A stretch of DNA of 63,268 nt, the filler included, from Octopus bimaculoides (Eukaryota): assembly GCF_001194135.2 (NCBI RefSeq). It is 5 parts of 4 records of this genome, joined end to end, with 100 filler letters (N's around TTAATTAATTAA, not from the genome) between each part and the next. Parts side by side here need not be neighbours in the genome. Positions count along the whole stretch, not along the records: positions 40,170 to 59,491 come from NC_068982.1; 4 more parts are not named here. One strand, given 5' to 3'. The notes beneath the pieces were generated by a model. It saw nothing but the letters and a program-made list of their open reading frames with translations, had not been told where the DNA came from and did no database searches. The position numbers and the translations under genes were made by a program. Below, piece by piece: positions 40,126 through 52,509 of the stretch; the stretch's first letter is position 1, and the number at the start of each line of letters is the position of its first letter.

Positions 40126-40903
40126 NNNNNNNNNNNNNNNNNNNNNNNNNNNNNNNNNNNNNNNNNNNNTATCTATCTATCTATCTATCTATAAATATAT
40201 ATATATATGTATATATATATGTATGTATGTATCTACGTATGTATGTACCTATGTATGCGACTGTGAGTGTATATGTATGTCTGCATATATATTAATTAAA
40301 GTTTCGTGATTAACCGAGTTAAGTTTCCATTTAATGATTTTATCAAATGAATCATTCAATAAGACAGTTCGAAGCACACATGTCTGTCACGAAATAAATA
40401 AACAGATATGAATACTCAGTGATCGCTGTATCTTCAGGCGTTTGCTCGATAGCGATCTTCCAAATATGTATGCGTGCGCGCGTGATCTCTCTTGTGTGTC
40501 TGAAAACGAAAAAGAGATTTCATTACATTCTGTAACGTTTATATCTGTAGTTAAGTTATGTGTGTGTGTATATATGTGTGTGCGTGCGTGTATATATATA
40601 TATATTCAAATATTAATTCGAAGCAGCTCGAGGAATATAAACAAAGTGAAACACGCATACACGATGTGTGTGTTTTGTTAGTATGTGGGGCGACTGCGTC
40701 TTTTTTAGGCGTAAGAGAATATAATCTCAATGCTCTTGGTGGTGTAAAAACACCCGCAAGCAGGTCATAGCCAAATGAGACAACTCACATCACATTCCTT
40801 TTCTTCGGAGCGACAGACATCGATGTTTCGTCATTGCCGCGTAACGAGGAAGGGGTCTAGATGGAATACCTTTTTGTTGTTCTTACCTTAGCGGAACAGT
40901 AAA

Positions 40904-40965
<62 letters not shown>

Positions 40966-42084
40966 NNNNNNNNNNNNNNNNNNNNNNNNNNNNNNNNNNN
41001 NNNNNNNNNNNNNNNNNNNNNNNNNNNNNNNNNNNNNNNNNNNNNNNNNNNNNNNNNNNNNNNNNNNNNNNNNNNNNNNNNNNNNNNNNNNNNNNNNNNN
41101 NNNNNNNNNNNNNNNNNNNNNNNNNNNNNNNNNNNNNNNNNNNNNNNNNNNNNNNNNNNNNNNNNNNNNNNNNNNNNNNNNNNNNNNNNNNNNNNNNNNN
41201 NNNNNNNNNNNNNNNNNNNNNNNNNNNNNNNNNNNNNNNNNNNNNNNNNNNNNNNNNNNNNNNNNNNNNNNNNNNNNNNNNNNNNNNNNNNNNNNNNNNN
41301 NNNNNNNNNNNNNNNNNNNNNNNNNNNNNNNNNNNNNNNNNNNNNNNNNNNNNNNNNNNNNNNNNNNNNNNNNNNNNNNNNNNNNNNNNNNNNNNNNNNN
41401 NNNNNNNNNNNNNNNNNNNNNNNNNNNNNNNNNNNNNNNNNNNNNNNNNNNNNNNNNNNNNNNNNNNNNNNNNNNNNNNNNNNNNNNNNNNNNNNNNNNN
41501 NNNNNNNNNNNNNNNNNNNNNNNNNNNNNNNNNNNNNNNNNNNNNNNNNNNNNNNNNNNNNNNNNNNNNNNNNNNNNNNNNNNNNNNNNNNNNNNNNNNN
41601 NNNNNNNNNNNNNNNNNTATATATATATATATATATGTTGCTGGCAAGGACGCAGTATTTCATTTTGATACCATAGTATACTACCAAATATATTAAAGAT
41701 TTGCAAGTCAATATGTGTCTTACCTTGTGTTAGCAGTGCGGTGTTTTCAGTTTAAAGTTTATCTCTATAGATTTCCTATAGGATTCAGAGCCAGCACTGC
41801 AAGTTACGACGTTTCGTAAACGAATACGTCTAAGTAAACAATGCGATCGGAGACAAGATAGAGAGATTATGGGTATTTTTCTATATATTGCGATCTGAGG
41901 CAAGCTACTGCTATGTCTAGCAGAAGAGTATCCATCATGGAGCATGATCAAATAAGATCGAAATCACTTGGTACGATGGTCTCCGAACTAGAATGCTAAG
42001 GAACTCTTCACCCTGCTTGCAGAATATATCGTGTGCAAAGAGCACTGAATAACCAGCCGGAGAAGGCGTCTTCGTGGTGATAAA

Positions 42085-42410
42085 GGCGCAGGCGTGGCTG
42101 TGTGGTAAGTAACTTGCTTTCCAACCACGTGGCTCCGGGTTCTGTCCCACTGCGTGGCACCTTCAGCGAGTGTCTTCTACTGTAGGCTCGGGCCCAACAA
42201 TGCATTGTCTGTGGATTTGGAAGGTGGAAACCGAAAGGCCGTCATATCTGTGTGTCTTTGTATCCCCATTGTTTGACAACCGATGTTGGTGGGCTTACAT
42301 CCCCCGTAGCTTAGCAGTAATGCGGTCTATTCATTCGACTAAAAATCCTTCAAGGTGATGCCCCAGCATAGCTGCAGGCTATGACTGAAACAAGTAAAAG
42401 ATAAAAGATA
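42085..42410 (+). mobile_element. SINE family A variant (short central tract, divergent 3' part)
   Basis: Head GGCGCAGGCGTGGCTGTGTGGTAAG; tail ATGACTGAAACAAGTAAAAGATAAAAGATA. Confidence 0.85.
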
Positions 42411-42675
42411 TGCTGGTAATGACTATGAAGCTTCGCCGAAAATGACTTCATCAGTCTGGTTATCTTTAAATGGCTTTTCTGTTCAGTATCTTGTAATGCA
42501 CCGTAGATACATCATCAGTGATATTTCCTGGGGTCATCATGTGTATCGGATCCTTCAACAGTCAGACACTCAGCCAGGTGACCAAGCAAGAATTGATCAA
42601 GCCCTAGCTTGTGTCTACTTTGTACCACCCGTGGTAACACTATTTTCTTGGACTCATATGAAACAAACATTAATA

Positions 42676-42715
<40 letters not shown>

Positions 42716-44154
42716 NNNNNNNNNNNNNNNNNNNNNNNNNNNNNNNNNNNNNNNNNNNNNNNNNNNNNNNNNNNNNNNNNNNNNNNNNNNNNNNNNNNNN
42801 NNNNNNNNNNNNNNNNNNNNNNNNNNNNNNNNNNNNNNNNNNNNNNNNNNNNNNNNNNNNNNNNNNNNNNNNNNNNNNNNNNNNNNNNNNNNNNNNNNNN
42901 NNNNNNNNNNNNNNNNNNNNNNNNNNNNNNNNNNNNNNNNNNNNNNNNNNNNNNNNNNNNNNNNNNNNNNNNNNNNNNNNNNNNNNNNNNNNNNNNNNNN
43001 NNNNNNNNNNNNNNNNNNNNNNNNNNNNNNNNNNNNNNNNNNNNNNNNNNNNNNNNNNNNNNNNNNNNNNNNNNNNNNNNNNNNATATATATATATATAT
43101 ATATATACATATATATATGCGTGCTTACATCTGAAAACTAGTGAATAAATACGCATACAGAAAGGATATATGCATGCTTATATAAATAAAAACCATATCT
43201 AAGATGTTTTATATACGTATATACATATACATATATATACATATACATATTTATATATATATATATGTATATACATACATACATACATACATATATATAT
43301 CCATACACAGACATATATATATATATATAAAGGCGTGTCTGTATAATTGGATGTGTGTGTGTGTTTAAATATGCTTACGTGTTTGTGATTGTGTGTGTGT
43401 ATGTGTGTTTACGTATGTCTGTGTCAGTGCTTGGCATTCCGTCTTTAAATCATCCTGTTATATCCGGTCGAGGTTAAAGGTGAACCTTTGAAGTTAGCCG
43501 AAACATTGTCAACAACAATAGTGATTGTAATGACATTAAATGACATTGGAGGTGGGTAGGAGGAAGAGATGATTGGGTTGTGCGAGGTAGTAGTATTGGT
43601 TGGGGTGGTGGTGGCGGCGGCGGTGGTGGTGGTGGTGGTGGTGGTATTTGTGATGGTAGTGGTGGTGGTGAGAGGAAGGCGTGCAGACCAGTAAGTAGAT
43701 GAGAATGACGTGTGGAAATTTATGTATAGCTTGTCTTTCAAGCCTGTCTGTCTGCTTGTCTGTCTATGTTACGAGTCTGTCTATCTGTCCGTCCGTCTGT
43801 CTAGCCGTCTATCAGAACACACACATGTACAAACACGCGTGCGTACTCACATTTGTACATACACATATGCATGTTTTATCCATATGCTCGCGCGCGCGCG
43901 TGCGTTTGTCCACCTGTCTGGCACTACTCTACAACGTGATGAAGAGCTCAATGAAGTTATCACGCTACTCTTATTGATATCGATCAAACAAATGAAAGCA
44001 ATAATCTCGAAATATATCTATGTGTTGTATATATTTTATAGAAGTCGCTGCTGTGTGCAGAATCAACTCAAATCTGATCTTGCAAAACCTCAGTTCGAAG
44101 CATTTTCTTTAAGACGTGAATATCTCATCTTTTCATTTGATATATTTGTATATA

Positions 44155-44398
44155 GTTTGTTGTTGTTGTTGTTGTTGGCACTCCGTCGCTTACGACGTCG
44201 AGGGCTCCAGTTGATCCGATCAACGGAACAGCCTGCTCGTGAAATTAACGTGGAAGTGGCTGAGCACTCCACAGACACGTGTACCCTTAACGCAGTTCTC
44301 GGAGATATTCATTCAGCGTGACAAGGCTGACCCTTTGAATTACAGGCACAACAGAAACAGAAAGTAAGTGTGAGAGAAAGTTGTGGCGAAAGAGTACA
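44155..44398 (-). mobile_element. SINE family C 3' portion with (AAC)n tail
   Basis: (TTG)n then GGCACTCCGTCG...GATCCGATCAACGGAACAGCCTGCTCGTGAAATTAACG; homologous to 10610-10760; 5' part lost in a gap. Confidence 0.75.
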
Positions 44399-45123
44399 NN
44401 NNNNNNNNNNNNNNNNNNNNNNNNNNNNNNNNNNNNNNNNNNNNNNNNNNNNNNNNNNNNNNNNNNNNNNNNNNNNNNNNNNNNNNNNNNNNNNNNNNNN
44501 NNNNNNNNNNNNNNNNNNNNNNNNNNNNNNNNNNNNNNNNNNNNNNNNNNNNNNNNNNNNNNNNNNNNNNNNNNNNNNNNNNNNNNNNNNNNNNNNNNNN
44601 NNNNNNNNNNNNNNNNNNNNNNNNNNNNNNNNNNNNNNNNNNNNNNNNNNNNNNNNNNNNNNNNNNNNNNNNNNNNNNNNNNNNNNNNNNNNNNNNNNNN
44701 NNNNNNNNNNNNNNNNNNNNNNNNNNNNNNNNNNNNNNNNNNNNNNNNNNNNNNNNNNNNNNNNNNNNNNNNNNNNNNNNNNNNNNNNNNNNNNNNNNNN
44801 NNNNNNNNNNNNNNNNNNNNNNNNNNNNNNNNNNNNNNNNNNNNNNNNNNNNNNNNNNNNNNNNNNNNNNNNNNNNNNNNNNNNNNNNNNNNNNNNNNNN
44901 NNNNNNNNNNNNNNNNNNNNNNNNNNNNNNNNNNNNNNNNNNNNNNNNNNNNNNNNNNNNNNNNNNNNNNNNNNNNNNNNNNNNNNNNNNNNNNNNNNNN
45001 NNNNNNNNNNNNNNNNNNNNNNNNNNNNNNNNNNNNNNNNNNNNNNNNNNNNNNNNNNNNNNNNNNNNNNNNNNNNNNNNNNNNNNNNNNNNNNNNNNNN
45101 NNNNNNNNNNNNNNNNNNNNNNN

Positions 45124-45485
45124 CATGGTTCCGGGTTCATTCCCACTGTGTGGCACCTTGGGCAAGTGTCTTCTACTATAGCCTCGGGCCGACCAAAGCC
45201 TTGTGAGTGGATTTAGTAGACGGAAACTGAAAGAAGCTTGTCATATATATGTATATGTATATATATGTGTGTGTGTGTATGTGTTTGTCCCCCCCCCCAA
45301 CATCGCTTAAGAACCGATGCTGGTGTGTTTACGTCCCCGTAACTTAGCGGTTCGGCAAAAGAGACCGATAGAATAAGTACTAGACTTACAAAGAATAAGT
45401 CCTGGGGTCAATTTTCTCGACTAAAGGTGGTGCTCCAGCATGGCCGCAGTCAAATGACTGAAACAAGTAAAAGAGTAAAAGAGTA
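45124..45485 (+). mobile_element. SINE family A (5' end in gap)
   Basis: High identity to 3200-3605. Confidence 0.9.
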
Positions 45486-45754
45486 TAGCAACAAAAAAGT
45501 GAATGTGAATATCTTATCACTCTTTAGATATGGTAGTGTATGTGCTACAACCTTGGTTATGTCGTGTGTGTGTGTGTGTGTGTATGTGTCCTTAAATGAA
45601 AGTATAGCTTATTTACTGATAGTGTGATGGTTTATAGATCAGAGCTTATAAGAATGGAGATTCTGACAGCACGGCGGTGCTGAGCCTTGAGAACTAAGAT
45701 TGTGGTTTGACTATTTTGAGAGAACTGACCTTGTAGCAAGAGACAGAAACGAAC

Positions 45755-45898
45755 CATTAGCGTAGATAGAGTGTGTGCCGCCCGGGGCAGCCCTTCCGTT
45801 TGCCGTCCCCAGACCCCACAAAAAAACACATATTGCCTACAGCAGACCCAAAAGTGGTGCCGCTTTAAAACTACCGCCCCACCCTAGCTACGCTAGTG
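45755..45898. mobile_element. hAT-type MITE (~144 bp) with exact 8-bp TSD
   Basis: 19-bp TIRs CATTAGCGTAGATAGAGTG / CACCCTAGCTACGCTAGTG (16/19), CA...TG ends, TSD AAACGAAC on both sides. Confidence 0.9.
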
Positions 45899-47633
45899 AA
45901 ACGAACCTAACATATTCTAATTACCTAGTCAATGGCATGAGCTAATCACACGCACATCGCACGTTGTTCTAATTATCCACTGATCAGCTTGCAGTCATAT
46001 CATGGAACATATTTGCAAACCAATTCTTTCCGGAATGTCGAGCCTAGTTAGTCATTTATACTGAGCTCGACGTCTAATCTCGCTGCATTACCACCCGCAG
46101 CCGAAACAGTAACTGCAAACAACACACCAGTGAACCTCCGAATATGGCAACATACTTTGACAGCGCGACAACCTTTTTGGAGTTTGAAAGCAGCTTTTGT
46201 GTTGTCCATAAACCTCTGAAGATATGGTATTGCAGATTGGTTTTCATAAGATCTGTTGTGTTCTATGTTGTTATATCAGACTAAGTTGTCATGTTACTTT
46301 TATGGCTTTTTTTTTTATCTATTCTGTTTGGCTGCGTTCTGTGGAAATTCAAAAAAAAAAAAATTTAATTTGGTGTATTGATGTAATTTTCTACGCTGAA
46401 TCTCAGGATTTCTAGAAATATATTTGACAAAAAAGTTATTGAGGTTTAAATTCTCATAATTTTTACCCAGTCAGAAAACAGGATTTGGAAGCTGTCATTT
46501 TGTGTGTGACTGCACGAACTGTCAACATTCGGAAAATAGCACGTGTTTTGATATGAAACTGTAAACAAATCAAATTCTACTTTACGCGCGACATAACTTT
46601 TTTATGTTTTGGAATTTTCAGAAATGCCTTGCGAATTTGTATTTTATACACGGGAATTTATACGATTATGCATAAACCAAAAAAAAAAATTTGGTTGGGG
46701 CGTAATTTTAGGCCCGTTTAGCTGTTACTTGTAGCACATCCCATGACTAGGGTACAAGCTACAGATGGGCACAAGCAGCAGCAGAACACAACGTCAACGC
46801 ACATGCTTTCGCGTAGATTCTATGCAGAGGCAATCTGCAGCCCTCGACATGTTGTGCGGCCCTCGACGAGTTTCCAGGTTACTAATATGCAAGCATAACC
46901 TAAGAGTAGCAACATCTCAAATTCTATCTAATATTGAAAAGATGGTAAAGAATGTGAATGCACAAAAATCTCATTGACACAGATAATGAAATTTGTTCTT
47001 TAATAGAATATCAATGAATTTTCTTCTTGTTTTTTTTTTTTACCTTAATATTTTAAACTATAATTTATTTACACTGGTAATCATCATTAAAAGAAAGAGT
47101 TGCCAGCTTAATGGAAACTTTCATACTAAGACTAACATATTCAAAACGCTATTTCCGAAAATTGTCTCCGTTTTCTTTGAGCATACAAAAGATAAATTTA
47201 GGTGGAGCAAAATGAATAAGACAAAATAATGATGAAAACAGACTCGTACACATCAACATCCTATTAATGACTTGTAGGGATGCGGTATTTCGTTATGCGA
47301 CAATAATGTACTATAAAGTATAGACATCAGAAAGATCAGAAGAGCAGCAAAAATTTAAAATATCTTGGGCAAATGAAAGAAAAAGGATCATGGCAAAATA
47401 GCACATCATATGATATAAACGAAAGTCGATTAAATCTAAAGCCCCAGCATAAAATAGTCTCTTAAGCTTCATCACTATCTGCTGGTATGCCCCCCTTCCT
47501 GATATATTCACGCATCACGCAGTTAAAGATAAGAAATTATTGAGATTAGTCGTTACTCGTTTTGCCCCACTTCATACTTGTGTTTTTAAATTGAAGATCA
47601 AATATTAGTGCGTGTGTTTAGCTAGATAGGTGT

Positions 47634-48062
47634 TCTAACAAAACATCCACGTTTAAGTGGGGTTAAATATTATTTTTTTCGGTATCAATACTGCCTCTGT
47701 CGCTAATGAATATTTTTAACAAGCTCACTGGTTAATGGCGACACTAGCGCCTGTTCTGGCACTGTTTTCCTATATATATATCGCAGACGGAGCGATGAGC
47801 CACTGCTATCTCTAGTGCTCGAGCGTCCATTATTGACAGGGAACGTCGAGATCAATCACGTGATCTGGTGGGTTCGGCGCTGGAGATGGTGGGGATTTAT
47901 CTCTCCGTTAGCGATATAAACAAGCGTGCATTTTGCACTAGAAGCCGATATGAGAGTTGCTCTCACGGTATCTACCGCAGTATAGTTTGTTCTAAGAGAA
48001 CATCCACGTTTAGGTGGGGATAAATATTACCTCTCGGCATTAATACAGCCTCTCACGCTAAT
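47634..48062. mobile_element. Second, rearranged copy of the 4688-5092 foldback family
   Basis: Core 47745-47890 is the reverse complement of ~4808-4950; full arm at 47890-48062; the outer arm end is repeated in direct orientation at 47634-47706. Confidence 0.8.
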
Positions 48063-48085
48063 ATATATTTTAAAGAAAGTTTTTA

Positions 48086-48509
48086 AGCGATCTTTCGATA
48101 CCAGTCCGAAATATCGGCCTTTTCCGTAAAAAGTGTCTTCGGCGATCTTTACCAAAGATCGGCCTTTTCCGTAACACACGCACGATCTTCACTAGGGTGT
48201 TAGGGTTAGGGTTTTAGTGTCAGGGTTAGGGTTAGGGTTAGTGTTTAGGGTTAGGGTAACGGTTAGGGACGGAATTCCCTAAAACCCAAACCCTAACCCT
48301 AAAACCCTAACCCTAACCCTTCAAACCCTTACCCTAACCCTAAACCCTTCAAAAGAAATCGCGCTCTCTGTATCTCTTTCGCTTATACGACGTCGTTTCC
48401 CTCTTTCCCTCCAACACTTTTTACGGGAAAGGCCGATCTATGGTAAAGATCGCCGAAGACACTTTTTACGGAAAAAGCCGATATTTCGGACTGGTATCGA
48501 AAGATCGCC
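48086..48509. mobile_element. Young non-autonomous TIR transposon carrying inverted telomeric arrays
   Basis: 88-bp TIRs 48087-48174 / 48421-48508 with 3 mismatches; exact 8-bp TSD AGTTTTTA (48078-48085, 48510-48517). Confidence 0.95.
48193..48348. repeat. Head-to-head interstitial telomeric arrays (TTAGGG)n-(CCCTAA)n
   Basis: G-rich array 48193-48268 (9 GGG runs), spacer ACGGAATT, C-rich array 48277-48348; both degenerate. Confidence 0.95.
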
Positions 48510-48554
48510 AGTTTTTATATCATAAATCAGCTGAATGAAGGTTGATTTGGAGTT

Positions 48555-48625
48555 AAAAAGTTGTATGGTCACTGCTAGGATACCTTCGATCAGAGGCTGG
48601 CTTGGTGTTAAACATCAAAAACAAC
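48555..48625 (-). repeat. Short interspersed repeat family D
   Basis: ATGGTCAC...GATCAGAGGCTGGCTTGGTGTTAAACA is similar to the reverse complement of 57224-57303. Confidence 0.5.
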
Positions 48626-48824
48626 AGCAATACGTACGTTGACTGGGTGGCAAATCTTAAAAGTAGCTGCTCAGGATAACAGAAAGATAGCTGAATCGAA
48701 TAGATCTGGTTAGAAGATGTGCCGCAGTTAGTTCAAACAATCTATAGCTGTTGTCAATCATAACGAAAGGAATAAAGAAGAAGAAACATCTCTGGTAGAT
48801 TATTGCAACGTGTGGATCTAGTTC

Positions 48825-49117
48825 AAAACGGGGGCACCAGTATTTTCTTAACGAAACACTTTGAAACTTGGGACACTGGTAGAATGTGTCATATAAAACA
48901 TCTTTTTCTCTTAGTCTTCTTAAGAAAAATTATTATATTGCAATTTATTTCATGTTAAAGTTGTCGTATTTCTGTAATTTCAACCAATGACTGACGTCCA
49001 TTCAGCCGTAAAAATTTAGTGCTGACTACGTAAACAAACGATTCTCAAACGATTCTGGCGGTGATAAAATTATTATTTCCTTGTCAAAAAATGGCTGAAG
49101 CATATTGGCAGTAGCTA
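48825..49117. repeat. Probable DNA-transposon-derived interspersed repeat fragment
   Basis: Recalled as a common octopus repeat (AACGAAACACTTTGAAACTT...TTCAACCAATGACTGACGTCCATTCAGC); no second copy or TIR pair in the window. Confidence 0.35.
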
Positions 49118-49121
49118 ATAA

Positions 49122-49165
49122 ACCTTTCTATTATAGGCACAAGGCCTGGTTTTTGAGGGAAGGAG
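49122..49165 (-). mobile_element. SINE family B 3' end running into a gap
   Basis: CCTTTCTATTATAGGCACAAGGCCTG matches the 3' ends at 57527 and 57750. Confidence 0.7.
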
Positions 49166-50493
49166 NNNNNNNNNNNNNNNNNNNNNNNNNNNNNNNNNNN
49201 NNNNNNNNNNNNNNNNNNNNNNNNNNNNNNNNNNNNNNNNNNNNNNNNNNNNNNNNNNNNNNNNNNNNNNNNNNNNNNNNNNNNNNNNNNNNNNNNNNNN
49301 NNNNNNNNNNNNNNNNNNNNNNNNNNNNNNNNNNNNNNNNNNNNNNNNNNNNNNNNNNNNNNNNNNNNNNNNNNNNNNNNNNNNNNNNNNNNNNNNNNNN
49401 NNNNNNNNNNNNNNNNNNNNNNNNNNNNNNNNNNNNNNNNNNNNNNNNNNNNNNNNNNNNNNNNNNNNNNNNNNNNNNNNNNNNNNNNNNNNNNNNNNNN
49501 NNNNNNNNNNNNNNNNNNNNNNNNNNNNNNNNNNNNNNNNNNNNNNNNNNNNNNNNNNNNNNNNNNNNNNNNNNNNNNNNNNNNNNNNNNNNNNNNNNNN
49601 NNNNNNNNNNNNNNNNNNNNNNNNNNNNNNNNNNNNNNNNNNNNNNNNNNNNNNNNNNNNNNNNNNNNNNNNNNNNNNNNNNNNNNNNNNNNNNNNNNNN
49701 NNNNNNNNNNNNNNNNNNNNNNNNNNNNNNNNNNNNNNNNNNNNNNNNNNNNNNNNNNNNNNNNNNNNNNNNNNNNNNNNNNNNNNNNNNNNNNNNNNNN
49801 NNNNNNNNNNNNNNNNNNNNNNNNNNNNNNNNNNNNNNNNNNNNNNNNNNNNNNNNNNNNNNNNNNNNNNNNNNNNNNNNNNNNNNNNNNNNNNNNNNNN
49901 NNNNNNNNNNNNNNNNNNNNNNNNNNNNNNNNNNNNNNNNNNNNNNNNNNNNNNNNNNNNNNNNNNNNNNNNNNNNNNNNNNNNNNNNNNNNNNNNNNNN
50001 NNNNNNNNNNNNNNNNNNNNNNNNNNNNNNNNNNNNNNNNNNNNNNNNNNNNNNNNNNNNNNNNNNNNNNNNNNNNNNNNNNNNNNNNNNNNNNNNNNNN
50101 NNNNNNNNNNNNNNNNNNNNNNNNNNNAGAAAGAACATTTTAGAAACAAGATAGAAATGCGAAAAATGGGGCAGAATTTCTGTCAGAGACGTCAACGTTG
50201 ATTTTGTAGAGAAAGAGAGAGAAAAAGCAGAAGCGTTTGTCCGTGTTTGGTGATGCATGACAAGAAATGCTTGAGACATGTCAAGACTGTGGCCTTCCAA
50301 TGCAATTAGATATGATGTGTAGAACTAACTCTATTCAAGGGACACCACTAGAATCAATGGTCGACTTTATATATACAATAGATGGCGCTGGCAGCGGAAG
50401 GATGGCGGCGGTTAGTGCGTGTGTGGGGGGGGATAAGTGGCGGTGGGTAGGTGGTGGTGGTGAGGTATCACTTTGCGTTGTAGAAGTTGAGAA

Positions 50494-50524
<31 letters not shown>

Positions 50525-51143
50525 ATATTCATAGAGTTAGCATGAGGAGGATCTGATTTCTTATTGGTTTTTCTGTATAACTATTTCGTCATTGGTGTTG
50601 TTGTTATTGTAAGAGATGAGTTCTGTGAAGTTGTTGTTAGTGGTAGTGGGGATGTTTTGAGGTTAGTGACAAACTAATACACACACACACATACTTATAT
50701 AAATATACTACATATAAATACTTATATAAAAACTATATATAAACATAAAACTACTTACACATACACATTAAAATCACACGTATATGAATGAGCACCAAGT
50801 AATATATGCATATACAGTCATATATACTTATAGAGATATATACTAAAACATACATACATATGCGTACGTACATACATATATATATATATATATATATACA
50901 TACATACATATGCGTACGTACATACATACATATATATANNNNNNNNNNNNNNNNNNNNNNNNNNNNNNNNNNNNNNNNNNNNNNNNNNNNNNNNNNNNNN
51001 NNNNNNNNNNNNNNNNNNNNNNNNNNNNNNNNNNNNNNNNNNNNNNNNNNNNNNNNNNNNNNNNNNNNNNNNNNNNNNNNNNNNNNNNNNNNNNNNNNNN
51101 NNNNNNNNNNNNNNNNNNNNNNNNNNNNNNNNNNNNNNATATA

Positions 51144-51180
<37 letters not shown>

Positions 51181-52222
51181 GCACACACATTTGCACATCT
51201 AATAAAACAGATGATACTGAAAATCGCCACTCATGTATGCGCGCGTGTTTGTGTGTGTGTGCGTACGAATGTGTGCATATGCTTTTTGGCTTGTTCGTCT
51301 CTGTGCTTATGAGTTTGAATCAACAACACCGTTTAATACAAGACGAGTGTTGCGGCAAAATGGTAAATTAGCCAATCGGTAAAATGGAGAATAGATAAAA
51401 TTATCGTTCAAAGCCTGCCAGGGCACCTTTATCAGTTCTATGAAGATCATTGTGCCGCCTACATCTTTTATAACACTTGAACTACCTGGAAGAAAGAGAC
51501 AGAATGGGACTGGAAATAGTTGTTATAGAGAAAACATCAAGGGACAGTAGGAATTGGACTGTTGTGTGGTAGGGCTAACGGAAAGCCTTTGATATACCTC
51601 ATGAGTGGATCATCAAAGCAATACAATTAACCCGTTCGACAACTACCGATAGCCACTGTCCAATATCTAATCAAGACTTTGTACCCTATTTTACTTTTCG
51701 GTACTGCTCATTGTCCTCGTGTTAAATTTGCTTTTTGAAGCCGTTCTTCTGTTAATAAAAGATGATATGGATAGCAAAACAATAGCATGAATCCAGAAAT
51801 ATCCGGCATCTTTATAGATGGCATGAAGTTATTTTGACTAAGTATTAGTCTTATTAGAAAGCAGCTCATAACCTAATATTTCACAGTTATTTGAATGAAA
51901 TTTGGTGAGTTCAAATGAGTAAATTTATTATGGAAAAGCGAGGAAAACCTATGTTCTGCTCCGCCAATGTAAACATGAGTAGTTTCGCAGTCAATTGGTG
52001 CGTTCGACTGCGAACAAATTTTGTGGGCAGGCTCAAAATGCCAGGTGTGAAAGGAACATTAATAGAAATAGGGCGAAAACGTTAAGGTCTCAAGAGGATA
52101 AAGAAAATATGGTTATCGCTCATTATACCTTTCGTTGGCCTACTAAATTCACTACAAGAGCTCATAATGAAGTGGAACTTGTAACTTGGAAACTGCTCAG
52201 TAGTACTGGAAATTTTAATATT

Positions 52223-52509
52223 GGTTTCAAATTTTGGCACAAATCTAGTAATTTCAGGAGAGGAGCTAAATCGCTTACATTGGTGTTCAACTGGTACTTT
52301 ATTTTATCGACCCCGAAAGGATGAAAGGCAAAGTCGACCTCGGCGAAATTTGAACTCAGAACGTTAACACGGACGAAATGCTGCTAAGCATTCTCCAGCG
52401 TGCTAACAGTTCTATCAGCTCACCGCCTCATCTTTTCTTCCAGGTATCGAGCTCACGACCTTAGGAACCTGAGCCGAATACTCTAAGCACTAAGCAACGC
52501 GCCCGAGTA
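52223..52509 (-). mobile_element. Chimeric SINE: tRNA-like head fused to a family-B SINE, bounded by a 19-bp direct repeat
   Basis: tRNA-like head 52504-52440, family-B body 52427-52223; TACTGGAAATTTT(A/G)ATATT at 52204-52222 and 52510-52528. Confidence 0.75.

Noticed and set aside
41721-41830. Strong minus-strand acceptor/donor pair
   Set aside because: All three frames contain stops; could only be non-coding and has no other support.
45962-46152. Possible second solo LTR
   Set aside because: One terminus is CG rather than TG and there is no TSD.
48193-48348. Ancient chromosome end-to-end fusion site
   Set aside because: The arrays are short and enclosed by TIRs and a TSD, which points to transposition rather than fusion at this locus.
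44287-50300. Longest ORFs in the track (266-389 aa)
   Set aside because: Almost entirely N-gap translation.
52439-52504. tRNA gene
   Set aside because: A/B-box-like motifs are present but the acceptor stem does not pair; it is a SINE head.
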